Assembly: GCA_030141605.1 (NCBI GenBank)
Contig: JAQGDQ010000529.1
Coordinates: forward strand, 1 to 49,550
DNA from: Tubiluchus corallicola
Taxonomy: Eukaryota > Animalia > Priapulida
Direction: 5' to 3'
DNA length: 49,550 nucleotides
Part shown: positions 49,285 to 49,550 of the stretch, in pieces
Numbering within the stretch: the first letter of the stretch is position 1
Layout: every line of letters starts with the position of its first letter
Translations under genes and position numbers: made by a program
The notes under the pieces: generated by a model
What the model was told of the DNA's origin: nothing
The model's input: the letters and a program-made list of their open reading frames with translations, nothing else
The model's database searches: none

Positions 49285-49550
49285 GTATAAGCTTAATTCT
49301 TTTTTAAATTAGACTTTTTTGCTTCAGGAATACGGTAAGTGTTAATTTAAAGATTTGCCGTTTAGTGGCGTTTTGTTTTAACGATGCTGAATATCTGACG
49401 TCTTTTCTTCACTTCACAACGGCACACGTTTTATTTTAATGACAATTTTTTCTTTACTCAAAACCAATTTTTATTTTATCAACATCATTTTTACCTAATA
49501 TGATGCATTAAAACAATGCATATTGTGTTATTTTCTTCTAAAACTGCACA

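Noticed and set aside
1-49550. Hammerhead ribozymes/retrozymes, tRNA, rRNA or snRNA genes
   Set aside because: The CTGANGA hits I inspected lacked a paired GAAA core, and no RNA gene was recognisable by eye. An Infernal/Rfam scan would be needed to exclude them.

Overview
AT-rich, intron-rich eukaryotic (invertebrate animal) genomic DNA with no prokaryotic features. Two spliced genes lie on the + strand. (1) Twelve exons (1001-36766) of a type-B leucine-rich-repeat GPCR that closely resembles the bursicon receptor rickets/LGR2. Its signal peptide and first LRRs lie upstream of the window. (2) Five coding exons (40918-49284, probably continuing) of a coiled-coil protein with an AAxxG CC1-box-like motif (BICDR/CDR2/HAP1-TRAK-like dynein adaptor) and a large acidic exon. 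The introns hold LINE fragments (RTE, CR1-like), many MITEs (Kolobok-, hAT-, piggyBac-, Tc1/mariner- and Harbinger-like), two AGT...ACT-ended solo-LTR-like elements, a chimeric RTE retrocopy, microsatellites, and about 10 distinct minisatellites. Several minisatellites derive from MITE sequence or carry repeated splice-site-like or CTCF-like motifs. Most ORFs in the supplied track are repeat artefacts. Family assignments come from recalled motifs, not database searches.
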